A stretch of 64,000 nucleotides of DNA from Takakia lepidozioides (taxonomy: Eukaryota; Plantae; Bryophyta). A model generated the notes under the pieces. The model did no database searches, was not told the origin of the DNA, and saw only the letters and a list, made by a program, of their open reading frames with translations. Shown in pieces: positions 24,112 to 37,218 of this stretch (position 1 is the stretch's first letter; every line of letters starts with the position of its first letter). Both the position numbers and the translations under genes were made by a program. The stretch is from positions 79,298,001 to 79,362,000 of the forward strand of contig CM060732.1 in assembly GCA_030704615.1 (NCBI GenBank), written 5' to 3'.

Positions 24112-27100
24112 TTACGCTGAATGCTACTCCCTGTCACTCCGTCTGTCTTCCGAATAGCTGCGCAGGTTAAGCATGGTGAAACAAACTAATAAATATTTAT
24201 TGTCGGTTAATTCTTCACATCCTGGAGGAGAAGATCGTGAGTTCCACTATGAGATGCTGACATCTTACAGCATTAGAGGCACCGCTGCATCAAACAATGC
24301 AAGAAGGAATATCAACGGAGAGGGGCCTGGATGTACGCAACATCAAAAGCTGCAAAAAACTCCTCAGTTCTTAGTGTTGGAAACACCGGCAAAAAGTAAA
24401 TGAGGGAAACAGTCCAAACCTCGCAGGAGAATACATTACGAACTTCAGGAGCACACGATCTTGTCGGGTTGCAAGCTTGAGAAGAATTCTTGATCACTCC
24501 CAGATCATTGCTCAAGGGGAATTCGGAACATTGGGAGGCCTACCAGATTGCAGGATTTCTTTTTTCGCAATGAACAAAAACTGGATGACAGGTGAACGCC
24601 TCATTGGCCCATTGAACGAAGAAAGTTCCCGCTGTGCCTGCCTTTCTTATTACGCCCCAAGATTTACAACGTAAATACTACGAACTATGAACAAGCTCAA
24701 AGTCGCGTCGAAGTCTCCGGACCATCCCGACACTGCTGGTCTCGATTTATGAGTCTCCATTGCTCGAAAGAAGAAGCCGTTTGAGTGAAATACGCTTTTG
24801 AGGCGCATTATCTGCCTACAAATCCAGCCATCGAAAAGAAACAGACACTGGAGAGAGAATTTGACGAAGTCTTCATCCCGTCTATATCATGCAGCGCGGC
24901 TTTCAGATTGTAGCAGCATTGTCGGCAAACTCGACAGAAGGAACTGTAACGTATTTACAATGAAGAGAAAGAAAGAACTGGTTACCGCCAAGGGCCCCCG
25001 CCAGAACAGAACGAAGGAGACTAACACTTGAATATTTCAATACCTCGGACATGCATTCTTTTGACAGACCCCGAGCTAACGGAACCGAGACACAACATCG
25101 CCGCAGCTGCCAAAAACTCTGTAACAAAAAGGACAAAAACAGCTCGTACCAAAAGACTGGACATTGTCCATAGGCAACCTGATACGGACGTCTTTCGCAA
25201 TACGCCACTGAGAGAGACAGACGATTTTGGCTCCAGCTGAACAAGTGCCAAAGGATCCTACCAATTACAAAAAAAAAAACTGCTGAGAGTTGAGAGAGGC
25301 CTACTCACCTCGCCAAAGCTCAACAAAAGCCAGCGAGAAAACGAACACAACAGCCTGGAATGGAAGTTATCCCACACAAGAATCGCACAAGCATGAATCC
25401 TCTGCCTCTGCAACATTCTCTCTCGCATCTACACCCCGCATTCAAGAAAACATGCGGGACAGAGAGATCAGCCGGTGCAGCAGGCCATCAAATCCACGCA
25501 CTTAATTACCATTAAACCCCTCCGTAAAACCGTGAGCATTCCCCAGCCGCTCGTCCGCCATCCCGCCTCATCGCAGCCGTCCATCAGAGCATCATACCGC
25601 GTATGTAGAAGATACTCCGTCCCGCATTCATCGTAGAGTCATTCCCACGCGTTCGAAATTTGAATTCGTGTTAACGAACACTGGGCCGTAATCGTGGTTA
25701 AGTAACCGCTTAGTGCCGGTCGGCGGTGGACTGGACGAGAAGTGGGACTCGTCGGATGCAGTTTTTGTCCGCCGCTCTGAGTGCAAAACAACAAACTGTT
25801 TTTGTCACTGGCACGCCTGAGCCAGTGACGATGGGGAAGAGGCAGGTCGAAGGGCTTCTAATTGGCGAATTAGATTGATGGGATAATGTGATACGATGTG
25901 AGGTCTGTGTGCCAAAGGCTGTTTATCTGTTCCCAGACGACTGTCTCAGTCCAAATTTCTGGCGAGAAAACGGTTGGAAATGGGTTCCAATGAATGCTTG
26001 AACATGGGTCCCAAGTTTAGTCGATTAGAGACAACTCATACATGGAGAAAACAGCACATTTGAGGTTGTTTTCCAGGGAATCAGGTGTTGAGCATCCTAA
26101 GCTTTGCAGTGGTGCGTCTCCATCTCTGTCATTCATAGTAATGAATCTGTTGAGTCCCCTATTGAATTTGCAGATGGAATATTAGTTGGCCTTTAGCATA
26201 GTTTTGGTTCAGCTGGGTTACCGAGTCTTGGCAAGTGCTGGAAAGAGTTTTGGGACTGTGAGCATGAAATGAGATTTGATCATCATGCCACGGTTGTGTG
26301 GCAGATTTGAGACTGGGCCGGAGATTATACATCTGGATTTGCAAAGAGGATATGAACATTTCCTTTCATACGTTGGAGGGATTTCTTTGAATTTCCCTAC
26401 GAAAGAAGAAACTTGTGATGGGAATGAGCTTGAAACCTGAGAGTCGTTCTACATTTTCACCTGAAAACTTGAATGTGAAGATTTAGTAGTTGACATTGAA
26501 CCCAGAGTAAAAAAAATACAAATAAATAAACCAGAATAATCATCAATTTTCCTTATCATTTTATGTTGTATCTTCTACAATTGTTTGTTCACCTTCGTGG
26601 AGTGGTTGGAGAAGATGTTGGACATACCAGTTTGAATGTGATTGAGTTGGGCACAATCCGAGAGCATATTTTATTTTACAGAACCAAAAACTCATCTTTG
26701 AGCTGATAGCCAAAGAAGTTTTTGTATTCTCTTAAAGATTTACTAAGAAGATTTGATCTTTGGTTAGAGCCCGGGATATTCAGAAAAACAAATACAAGGA
26801 AAACAGCAAAGAGAAGAAAAATTGAACCTATGGTCGAACCTCAAAACTAACGGAGACTCCATTCCACAATAACCAAGACTATCACCACCCTCTTGCAAAT
26901 GTGTTTCTCTAGAAACCACCCGACTTTTTCCACAAATCCAGCCATATCCCAATCGCTCCACTCATCTGTTGATGGCTCATGTCTCATTTCAAGAACATTA
27001 ACGTTGGTACTTCTTCTTGACCTTCTAAGTGGAGCAATTTGGAATTTTTGATTGAGGACATCAACTTCATGCACAACGTTCAAAAGCTTAAAGTCGTCAT

Positions 27101-28599
27101 TAGAGAAATGTTGATGAAGCGGGCTATCAGTATATGGGGGTGTAGGTTGTCCAAAGCATGATTGTATATGCAGAGGGTACACACATAGTGTAGAATCATG
27201 TATTAAACACCATGGTGTCGTCACAAGGCTCAATAAAGCGCTCTAGCTTACTCCGACTCTTTTGTTGGTTGTCACTACTCTGAACTACAGTAACGTTGTT
27301 TTCCAAAAGTCAATCGGTTATTTAATGTGTAGATATATAGGTACCCAGGGAACTATGACCATCAGAATTAGATGTCCAGTTTCCAAATGAAAGACAACAA
27401 CTCTTCAAGGTGAGGTGACACCATAAGTTACACTTGTTTTGGCAATAGCTTTCATTTTCTTTTAAATAATTCTAATATCCATAACTGACGAGATGCATTA
27501 CTCTGATGAGGATTCTGACCAAGATTCTGATGATGAGTTATGAAGAGTCACTCAAGCTTGATGGGACGGTATACCTTACAGATCGCAAATCAAACCTTAC
27601 ATATCCTCAATCACATGCAGGGGTTGACTTTGACTTCAGTCAGTTGCTGATCACTCTAGAGGAGGCCGGGATTGACCGCCAAAAGCTGCAAACTGGTTAC
27701 ACACTGTTTGGTATGAGGAGGAAAAGGTGTAGTGATGTGGTGAGTTCAGCTGATCAACAACTCATTGGTCCTAGTTGCTGCTTCTCTGATTCATACCAAC
27801 GTATAATTACATGCATGGCAGTGGGTTCACTTCGGTCCAACGACGCAATGGCGTGAGCCTTGCGCGTGAGCCTTGCGCGTGAGCGTACGCTCACGCAGGA
27901 GTGACGTGGCGTAAGCGTGCACCCAAGCTAATGTGGCATGAGCGTGATGTCAGCATGTTGATATGGCGACAAATGTTGACGTGGCACTGCGCCGTCATCT
28001 GCCAGATCAGCATGAACATGCGCCGCCTATAACCGAGGATGGTCCTATGACCGTGGGATTAATGTAGGGAATCCTTGGCTGAATACAATCAAGAAACCAT
28101 GAGGCCTACAATTGTAGTATCCAACATTGTGCAATTATAATTGTTTGTTTCAATTTTACAATTACAATGACGAGAAAATATCCTCACAAAGTGTGCACCA
28201 TAGAGGCTGCCACGGGAAGATCTTGCTCCATTCCCAAATAACAATGAGAGTTAGGATCATCTTCAAAAGATGGTTACAGTGCATAGCGACAGGAAAACAT
28301 GTAGACTTCGAAAGGTGCAATGATGCATGTGCTTTTAAAAGTGGTCACTTAGAGCTCACTCAGTATAGTTGGAAGCATAATGGAGGGATAAGCGATGCCA
28401 TATCATTGCACCGCCGACACTGTTGCAAACGAATTGATTTGAATTGAATTTCCATGACAATGTTGCAAATTGCACATTTCATAGCATGGTCGTCCACATA
28501 CCACTTTGCATACTCACAGTCCATAAAAAAAACATTTCAGATTGCAGATTCCAGATTGCACACTCACCACATTCGAGATAGATGAAGTGACAGTTGATG

Positions 28600-31477
28600 C
28601 TACCTATGTGTTGTATCCCGCTGCAATAGAGTATCGACCTCGTTGAAACTAAGAGTGGCCTGGTGAACGAAGTTGTCATGTTTGGGATCGCAAACCATCC
28701 TCTTCAAAAATATGAAATACAAATGTTTGCAGGGTATGAATTTTCCTCTCTTGCCCAAACTAGTTGATAGCATATCCACAAAATCAGGACATGTGCAATT
28801 GGGAAAATTGGAAACCGTGAAGTCGTAGGCCCTGTCATGAATAGCAGATGTCAAAGAGATCATTGTGTACACCCGACCATATCTTGGATCGAGCACTTCC
28901 GTGGTGTTTGCAACACGAGCTTGGAGCATTCTTGCGGACTCCACTTTGCCGAAGTGTTTAGCGGTTGGAGAGAAACGCCGAACCAGCTTTCCATCTCGTT
29001 TGGTTGGCCACAATGAGGATTTGTCAGGAGGACCCGAGAGGAAGCAGAAGTAGAAGCACATGCATGCAATTGGGGTTGTCTCGCAAGGGAAAAGCTTGCC
29101 TCCACCAGCATTGCAATCTCCTGACTTGTGAGATGTGTTCCCACCTTGACGGCCAAACGGTTGGAGGAGCTGGCTTCATCACCACGGAAGGACGCACAGT
29201 TCCATGCACACACCTACCACAATCGTCTGCGCAGAACCAAAACTTGTAGTTCTTGGTTTCTGGTTGGCTGTATGGACGCATCAAATCCGTGAAAGTCGGA
29301 GCAGGAGTCCGGGCACCGCCTCTAGATATAGATGAAGTGCACTTTTTGAAATTAGTTGCCCTAATCGCTGTATATTTCACACGAGACCCTGCACTTGTGC
29401 GTTCTATGTGCCAAACTTGGTTGGGGCATGCGGACTCAAGCACATCAAGGGGGTTGTTTCTCTCCTGCACCATTTCAGTGGCATTGTTTGATGCTGGAGC
29501 TTGCCGTCGTGTTGGAAATTCTTCCAGAATGGAGGTTCCGTCATGGAGCTGTCATGTAGGGGAACATGAGACTTCGAGAAGTTATCACGGTCTGCCCTGT
29601 GCGAATCGGAATCCGAACCAGGTGGAGTGTTCAATTTCCTCTTACAGGAGCCGAATCTCTCATCCCCTTCAAGATGTGGAACTCTAGAAACAAATGGCGT
29701 TCCCTGGGCATACATGCTCACCGCCCGTGCTATCTTGATTGGATCCCCAGATCTGTTTGCAGCACACAACATCAACTCCCATTTGTCCGGACCCTTGCCA
29801 CCAACCCTACCTCGCAAGAAATCACGGTATCGGGTTTGTTGTTGCAAGGCACGTATCAAATCATCTGTTGTTGCCACATACAAATCCCGACCTCGTTTCC
29901 CAGACTGTTACAACCATGCGTTGTGCACAGTTTCTGCCAAATTGCAAGATGGCATGTCCACCATTTCCTCAATGGACATGTTCTGCAAAGTGGAGAACCA
30001 CACTTCAAAACAGTGAACAGGAAACAACATAAAGAAAGCGAGGAGACAATAAAATGGAAAGTAAATATATGAATAAAACAAGAAATATAAGCCTCGTACC
30101 ACTGCCATGGCTGTTCCCCACTGTCTATACCAGAAGTGCCAAAACGCCAGCCAATCTTCCAATGCTCTCATACTCTCAAGTGATGCAGCTCCAGAAGAGA
30201 ACCACCAGGCACGAATTGTCTGGAACAAAGTGTCTATCTCCTTCATTGTTCTAGCATCCTTATACTCTTTGCACAATTTACGAAGCTGTGTCTGCATCTC
30301 TGGTTTGATGTCCGACTTTGTATGTTTCTCCAGAGATTGTGTCCAATGGAATAGACATGTACGCTCTCTTCCCGGCATTGGCACTTTTGGGTCGCTTGAT
30401 CCGAAGACAATTCGAACAGCATTGAAATTCGCCTGAGCACTATCTGCCATGAAACCAGCGAAATTTGGAGATGGCACCCCATAGCAGCCCATAACTCATA
30501 TCAGGGAATTCCACATGAGCTTCTGGGATTTCGTATCCTCGAATTGCATGTCAGCAATTGTCATAACTCATTGGTACACTGGATCGTAGACATGACAAGC
30601 CATTGTCGTCCAATCTTTCACTCGTTTCACATGATCAAACATAAGAAAATAATTATGCAAGTCCCTAGTCTTTTGCATCCACTTCACGAGGCTAATCCCA
30701 CTTCCCTCCCCAGCAGTCGACATTTTGAAAAGAAATACTTTGATGGCACCTTGACCTGGAAAAACATTGTCTTGGATGTAGTCATGCTTGCTCCGTCGTT
30801 TCAATTCCAAAATGTTGTCGATGTAGCCGCTGATCCCAGAGCCCATTCTCAATGCATTGATCTGATGCCGAATGTTAGGTGAACTCAAAGTGGAGAAACG
30901 ATCCATGACAATGTCCAATGCTGGACCGTCAAGTTTAGTCCCCACAGAATCCCCTTCACTCAAAATATGGCTTTCCAAGAAAGACTTGTTTGCGCCAAGA
31001 GCAATTTCAGATGTTGTTGCGGATGGGTTTCTCTCGTACTCATGTTTAATCAACCTCGAAACTGTCTCAACACTCTCCCTGTAATCCCCCTTCGAGACAG
31101 GATGGTTATGGAAACCAGAATGCACACAAGCTCTTGTCATTGTTTTCAAACAGTGGACAACATAGTACATTCTTGCTCCACACAGCGCCAGGCAGGATGG
31201 TACAAGTTTGCAGAATTTGCAAACGAAAGTGTTTGCCGGTGGAGGAGCAGTCCCAGGCTTAAATGGATTTCCGCGAGACCCTCCCACTCGCTTTGATTAT
31301 GAAATCAAGCTTGTCTTCATTTTGAATATTAGATATTTTTGTTCTGCACCATGGGTGCCCGTCGCGTTTCTTGTCCATTCCGTGCATCATGCTTGTTATA
31401 CCTCCAACTCGCGGAGGAGGAGGCAGCTCGAATAGGATATCCCCATCAAAAGTCTCTGGCAGGAACTTCACTGGCAC
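28600..31477 (-). pseudogene. MULE-type DDE transposase with N-terminal WRKY/GCM1-like Zn finger and C-terminal SWIM finger
   Basis: CKFC..C..HSGFHNH; MFDHVKR (D1); FMADSAQAN (D2); CLFHW (CxxH); NLAETVHN (E); SWIM CTCPDF..CKH. Internal stops (e.g. 30568) and frameshifts. Confidence 0.85.
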
Positions 31478-33562
31478 CTACTCACGCCCCACGGATGTGA
31501 GCCGAGTTCGAGCTTTCATGGGGTTAGCAAATTATTATAGACGGTTTGTTAAGGGATTTAGTGCCATTGCAAAGGCTCTAACCAAGCTGACCAAGGTGGA
31601 CCAGGAGTGGCAGTGGGAAGATGATCAAGAACAAGCTTTTCAAGAGCTCAAGGCGAGGTTGACCTCGGTGCCCATCTTGAGACGACCTATCAGGGGGCGT
31701 CCTTTTCAGCTGCATACGGATTGGAGCATGTTGGGGCTTGGAGCGGTGCTCACACAGGTGGATGATGAGGGAAGAGAGTTCGTAGTGGCTTATGCTAGCC
31801 GCTCGAACAATGCTGCCGAGTCTACGTATAGCTCATATGAGGGAGAATGCTTAGCTGGAGTGTGGGCTGTGGCACACTTCAGGTGCTATCTATACGACAA
31901 TCTCTTCACCCTTGTCACGAATCACCAATCACTCAAGTGGTTGATGGAGTCAGACAAGCTTACGGGGAAGCTTGCACGATGGGCACTCATCCTTCAAGAA
32001 TATGACTTTCAGGTTGTGCATCGACCGGGTTTGGTCAATTGCAATGCAGATGGGTTGAGTCGCAATCCATACACGAGCCAACAGGATGACACTGGAGCTC
32101 GGTGGCATGGTGAGACGGACGAGGAGATGGTGCCCGGATGGCATGCATCTGCATTTCTGTGTATCTTGGCAGCGGAAGGCCAGGTTGGACCTACAATAGG
32201 GATGACTGTAGATCAAGTGTCTGAGGACCCTGAGGCCAGCAATGAGCAAAGTGGCGCCAAAGATATACATGAGGATTCAGTTGTGTTGGACTACCTCCGC
32301 ACTTGAGACACTGCAGCCACTGTGACTGCCAAGGAGAGGGATCGGATCCTAAAACGAGCCAAGAGGTTCAAGTGGGAGGGGACACACCTGCTCCGAGTGT
32401 GGGAGGATGGTCAAGTGAGGATTGTGCCTCATCCAACACAGCGGGCACGGTTAGTGCGACATGCCCATGAGGAGTTGGGGCATTTTGGGGTGCGACGCAC
32501 TCATAGTCTACTGCAAGGGCAGTATTGGTGGCGTGGTATGCACACAGAGGTGCAACAATTTGTGGCTAGGTGCATGGTATGAGACAGGGTGCGTGCTTCA
32601 TTCAACGCCCCTACTCCACAATTGCACCCTCTTCCGATCATGAGATTAGGCTACAGGTGGAGTCTTGACTTTGCAGGGCCGTTGTCACTGACCATGCGTC
32701 ACAACAAGTACGTTTTGGTGATGGTGGAGCACTTCTCCAAGTGGATTGAGTTGGTTCCGTTGCCTGATAAGGCTAGTGAAGGAGCTGCATATGCATTCTT
32801 GGATTGTGTACTTAGCCGCTTCGGTGCTCCAGTTGAGGTACTCACGGACCAAGGAAGAGAGTTCTTAGGGGAGTTTCAGGCTTTGTGTGATAAGGCCTTG
32901 ATAGACCACCGCACCACTTCTCGGGATCATCCTGAGGCCGAGGGCTTGGCAGAGAGAGTTGTTCAGACAGTAAAGAGGGGTTTGCGCAAGTATGGCTTGC
33001 AGAAGGGACACCTAGGAGATTGGGACCTTCAGTTACCCTAGTTAGCCTTGGGCTACAGGTTCAGCAAGCAAGCATCACTTGCCTCCTCCTCACCATACTT
33101 TCTTCTCTTTGGCCGAGAGCCGGATTTGCCTACATCCATTCGTAGAGAAGCTGCTACAGTTCTTAACCTTGATGATCCGGACGTGTGGGCACGTGCATGT
33201 GAGCAGCGTGCAGAGTTATTCAAGAAAGTCATGCCCATGGCTTTCGAAAACCTTGCCATTGCACAACATCGTGATACGTTGAGGTATGCTACCATACGTG
33301 GTTGGGGTTATCATCTTGGGGTTCAGAGATTCAACCCTGGTGACTATATCTATCTGCAGCAGACTGCTCCTACGACCTTGGATGTGACTGCAGGACGTGT
33401 TGTTTTGAGGGTTCGAGAGGTCTTGTCCTCAGGCGACTTGATCTTGGAGGGTCGGGATGACATAACTTGGAAGGACCATGTGCGTAATTGTGCGCCATGT
33501 CACCTTCCGAATGTCGATGGCACGATTGACCCAAACCTGGTACTGGTATCTGCAAGTTTGAG

Positions 33563-33700
33563 GTGCATGTTGTGTGGGTCTGCTAGAGGGGCAGCCACCA
33601 TGCTGGTCTGTGATCGATGCTCTAGAGGTTGGCATATGGGATGCTTGACTCCACCTCTTGAGATGGTTCCGGATGGGGATTGGTTATGTCCACATTGCAT
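33563..33700 (+). other. PHD finger at integrase C-terminus
   Basis: C4HC3: CMLC..MLVCDRCSRGWHMGCLTPPL..VPDGDWLCPHC. Confidence 0.9.
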
Positions 33701-33967
33701 TGGATAGTGGTAGTGGATACAACCATGGAAGGCTAACAAGAAACGCAAGGCCAAGCTACTAGGAGACCTTGAACACACGAGATCCTGACTCAAGTTCACA
33801 GATTGCAAGACGGCGACTAACGATGGGGCTACTCTTGTACCTGGCCTCTTGGTCTATAGAGTTTGAGTACAATAGAGACAGTGATAGAGGACTTAGTACA
33901 GCTGTTGCTATTACATCTTGTAGCTATCTGGAGTTAGAGGGACCTATCCACCAGCTAGGGGGGCGAT

Positions 33968-34405
33968 TGTGACAGACTACTTTATTGTGCATATATGCGT
34001 GTTGTGGTTTGGACAGCGATGTAGTTGTGTAGCGATATGTATGCGCACGACAGCTGTCAAGTAAAATAAACACAGTGTGAAACTAACTAGAATAAAGCTA
34101 GTTATTTGTATTTAACACTTGGATTTAGTTCAAGTGTTAAGTCAGGTATCAAGTTTAGTTTGACACCTGAACCGTCTTATCTTCACGAGAGCGTCAGTCG
34201 TGCGGCTCATCTCTCTCAAGTTGAGCTTGCACGATCGAGCTCCTTCATCGGTCAGAATCTGAGTGTGCTTATGAAGGAAGGATAAGTTGTTGTGGGGTGG
34301 AGTCCCCATAGCTTGGGGTGCCCCTGGCTTGACTACTATTTTAAAGAGTGATGGTGTTGGATTTCATGTTTCTTGTGTGAACAGTGTGTTCTTAGTTTTC
34401 TATCA
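33968..34405 (+). repeat. Putative gypsy 3' LTR (TG..CA) after a polypurine tract, followed by a second copy of its first ~89 bp (34407-34495)
   Basis: G-rich PPT at ~33957-33966; TGTGACAGACTAC...CAGCTG repeated with one mismatch. Confidence 0.7.
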
Positions 34406-34719
34406 TTGTGACAGACTACTTTATTGTGCATATATGCGTGGTGTGGTTTGGACAGCGATGTAGTTGTGTAGCGATATGTATGCGCACGACAGCTGGCATC
34501 ATCCTGATGGTCAGCACCAATCATCACAGTCTAGTGAGAACTGAGTCAACGTGCATTGGGAAACCCAGTAAATTTTCCATTCATTTGTTAGAAGACAAAG
34601 TGATGGTCGGTACCGATCATCACTGTTTAAGAATGTATGTTTCCAGAACACCAGTTGAATGTTCATCTTGTGGGTTTTGGGTATGCAAAAAAATATAAAC
34701 TCTAAGCAGGGAGAAACAT

Positions 34720-37218
34720 AAGCAAAGGGCGTTGGAGAAGGGGACGACTCCACGAAGAGTTCAGAGAACAGCGAAGACACAGAAAAGCCTGGATTGCACT
34801 ACCTTGACAAGGTGAAAGAACTTATGTCATATCAAAAGGTAAATTCCCAGGAGGTTATTAGGGACATGATCGTCTCTGGAGGACGTCTTGAAATCCCTCT
34901 CTGTCGGATGATCGCCATGCCTGTTGTTCGTCCTCCACTTTCGCATGACATTACCAAGTTGGAAACAGATTTTGTGCACGGGTACAGAATGGGTGCACAA
35001 GTTTTCTACGTCTCACTGAAGGATACAAATGGTCACAGCACAAAAGTGAGCCCAGAGATAACGGACAACTGGGATGATTGCTGGAAGGATGTGAATGATG
35101 AGTGCGAGGACTCTCTGCTACTTGGACATAACACCCAGCAGTTCTGCAACCACATGTTCTATGTCTGGGACGGGAACCATCGCCTGCTAGCTTGGATGGG
35201 GTACATTGCGAAACACCATTTGAAGACAAGGACAAGCATTGTGTTGTGGAGGCAATGGTTCTAGATCCTAGGAACGACATCACGAGACTTCTGACAGCAA
35301 TGCATGACGTGAACAAGTAGGACATCCTAAAAACCCCATTGCCTTTCAAATTGCATGTTGTGCGTATTTCAAGTCCAATTGTTAAATATTTCTTACCTAT
35401 GCAATGTGTATTCCCTGTTTGCAGATCGACAGAGAAATCGCATGTTACTACGAGCTTGGTCCATACACTATTCCGTATTCAGAGAATTGGTTTGATAAAG
35501 CTTGATGAGTTCCGCACAGTGCTACATCCTGATGTAATCAAGAAGTGCGAAACAGGAAGAGCTGCAGGGACTTGGTACTCGTTGACCCGAGATACATTTC
35601 TGGAGTACATGTATGCGGTATGGCCCAACCCACATCTTCTTATCTTCTTCAAAACAAATTTGTAATCATATGTGTTCTAATCCAATCGTTGTTACATGCA
35701 GCAAGAACTAGCAGAGGCCGTCGAAAGGGGCAAATCTGAGTACTACCGCACTACAGCAGAAGAGCTGAGGACTGCCAAAGGTGTTGGAGCAGCCATAAAG
35801 AAGGAGTACGAGATAAGGAGGACGAAGCTGATGTCCGCCTTCCTAAAGCAATTGAGAATAGTGGATCCCGGACTTGGGGAGGAGTTCCTTCTCCAAATCA
35901 AATCCCACTACGACAAGCATGTACATCCAGAGATGCAACAGGAGAAATTGCACAGGCTGACTCTCTCCATGGTCGACCCCAAGAAAAAAGTTAGATGGCT
36001 TGAGATTTGGAACTCGGATCAGACGGTGAAGGATCTGAATGAGTTCCATGCTAATGTAGATGTTGGTTTCTGTTGGGACCCTCATTTTTCTTTGTATTTA
36101 AATTGGACTGCAGGTGAGCACTGGTCCCTCATTCGTATGCGGTGTTCAAAAAACCTTTGCCGCTGACATGGTCATCCTTGACATCCCAGACGGCCAGCCA
36201 ATCCCCGACGTTCCTCCAAAGGGGAAGACTGGAACAGATTCGATGAGAACTACTGGAGTTGGGTATTCGGGTTCTGCAATAATTTCCTTTCAGATGCAGG
36301 ATCGTTTTTGCTCTTCCAGTCATGTGACAAGGATAGTCGTAGGGGACTGGCATCATACCTGAAGTCGTCTGGGTTTGAAATTCTGAGGACATGGAATTGT
36401 GTGAACATTTTGTACCTTCTGAAAGGTGGTTGCCCTGGACAGCTGGTATGGCACCGCCCTCCTCCGTACTGTTTCACAATGTCTTCTTGTTGTTTCTGCT
36501 TGCTTGCTCTACTACCATATGTGATGATCGGCACCGATCATCACAAATACATTCCATTGTAGTTTTCATTTGCAGTCCATGTTTTGTTCCTTCCTGCGCA
36601 GACTTCCTCCAATATTTCCATGTCTCACCCCTACCTTGCATCTTTGCCAGACAAGGATGTTTGAGGCAATCTGCCTGAGGAAGATTCGCACCTCCAGAAC
36701 ACCATCCTCCGTTCGCAGCTTTGAAATTTCCGACTAGGGGTGTTTCATCAACCCCCCCTATGAACCGCATGTGGATGACATGCTCTACAATTTCATGCAC
36801 TCTAGTCAGACAGCCAAAAGACTAGATGGGTTTCCGTGGAGAGGTGCAAGGGAGAGAACCCCAGCGTTCATGCAGACGCTCTTGGAGTCATGCAGCCACC
36901 ACTCTACAAGGGTGGTCGACCTCACACTATCCACAGGTTCGTTGGTTCAATACTATTCCCATTTTTGAGGTCTTCCAGTTTCTTGCATCCTCTACAACCT
37001 TCTTGAGGCTTTTTGTCTTGGTAGGTGCGACTTATCGTGCTTGCAAGGTTGGCGGGAGAAGCCTTTTTGGCATAGAGGGCGACACTGAACTATTCAAGAG
37101 TGTCCTCCTCCCTCTTGTGTCTGGCTCTACGGCTGGCACACAGACTGAACAAATTCAAATCAGAAATGATGAGGATACCGAGGATAAGCAGATCGACAAC
37201 GACTTTTCATGTGAGTAA
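34720..37218 (+). pseudogene. Intron-containing ParB/Sulfiredoxin-like + beta-class N4C/N6A DNA methyltransferase-like fusion gene
   Basis: FYVWDGNHRLLAW (ParB motif); ADMVILDIPDG (motif IV position); PWRGARER..FMQTLLE; spliced RVVDLTLSTG|ATYRAC..GRSLFGIEGD (motif I/II). GT-AG introns at ~35317-35425, ~35618-35701, ~36055-36113, ~36445-36649 and 36937-37024. Frameshifts and a stop. Confidence 0.75.
36520..36545. repeat. Palindrome TGTGATGATCGG-CA-CCGATCATCACA; related copies at 34599-34624 and 34504-34527
   Basis: Perfect 12-bp arms with a 2-nt spacer, read directly from the sequence. Confidence 0.9.

Larger units (their letters stand above)
31477..34495 (+). mobile_element. 5'-truncated Ty3/gypsy retrotransposon nested in the MULE (RNase H, integrase, PHD finger, PPT, 3' LTR)
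   Basis: VRAFMGLANYYRRFV; LHTDWS; YSSYEGE; ARWALILQEYDF; HEELGHFG; WSLDFAGP; LTDQGREF; GLAERVV. RNase H precedes integrase (gypsy order). Stops at 32306, 32582 and 33041. Confidence 0.92.
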
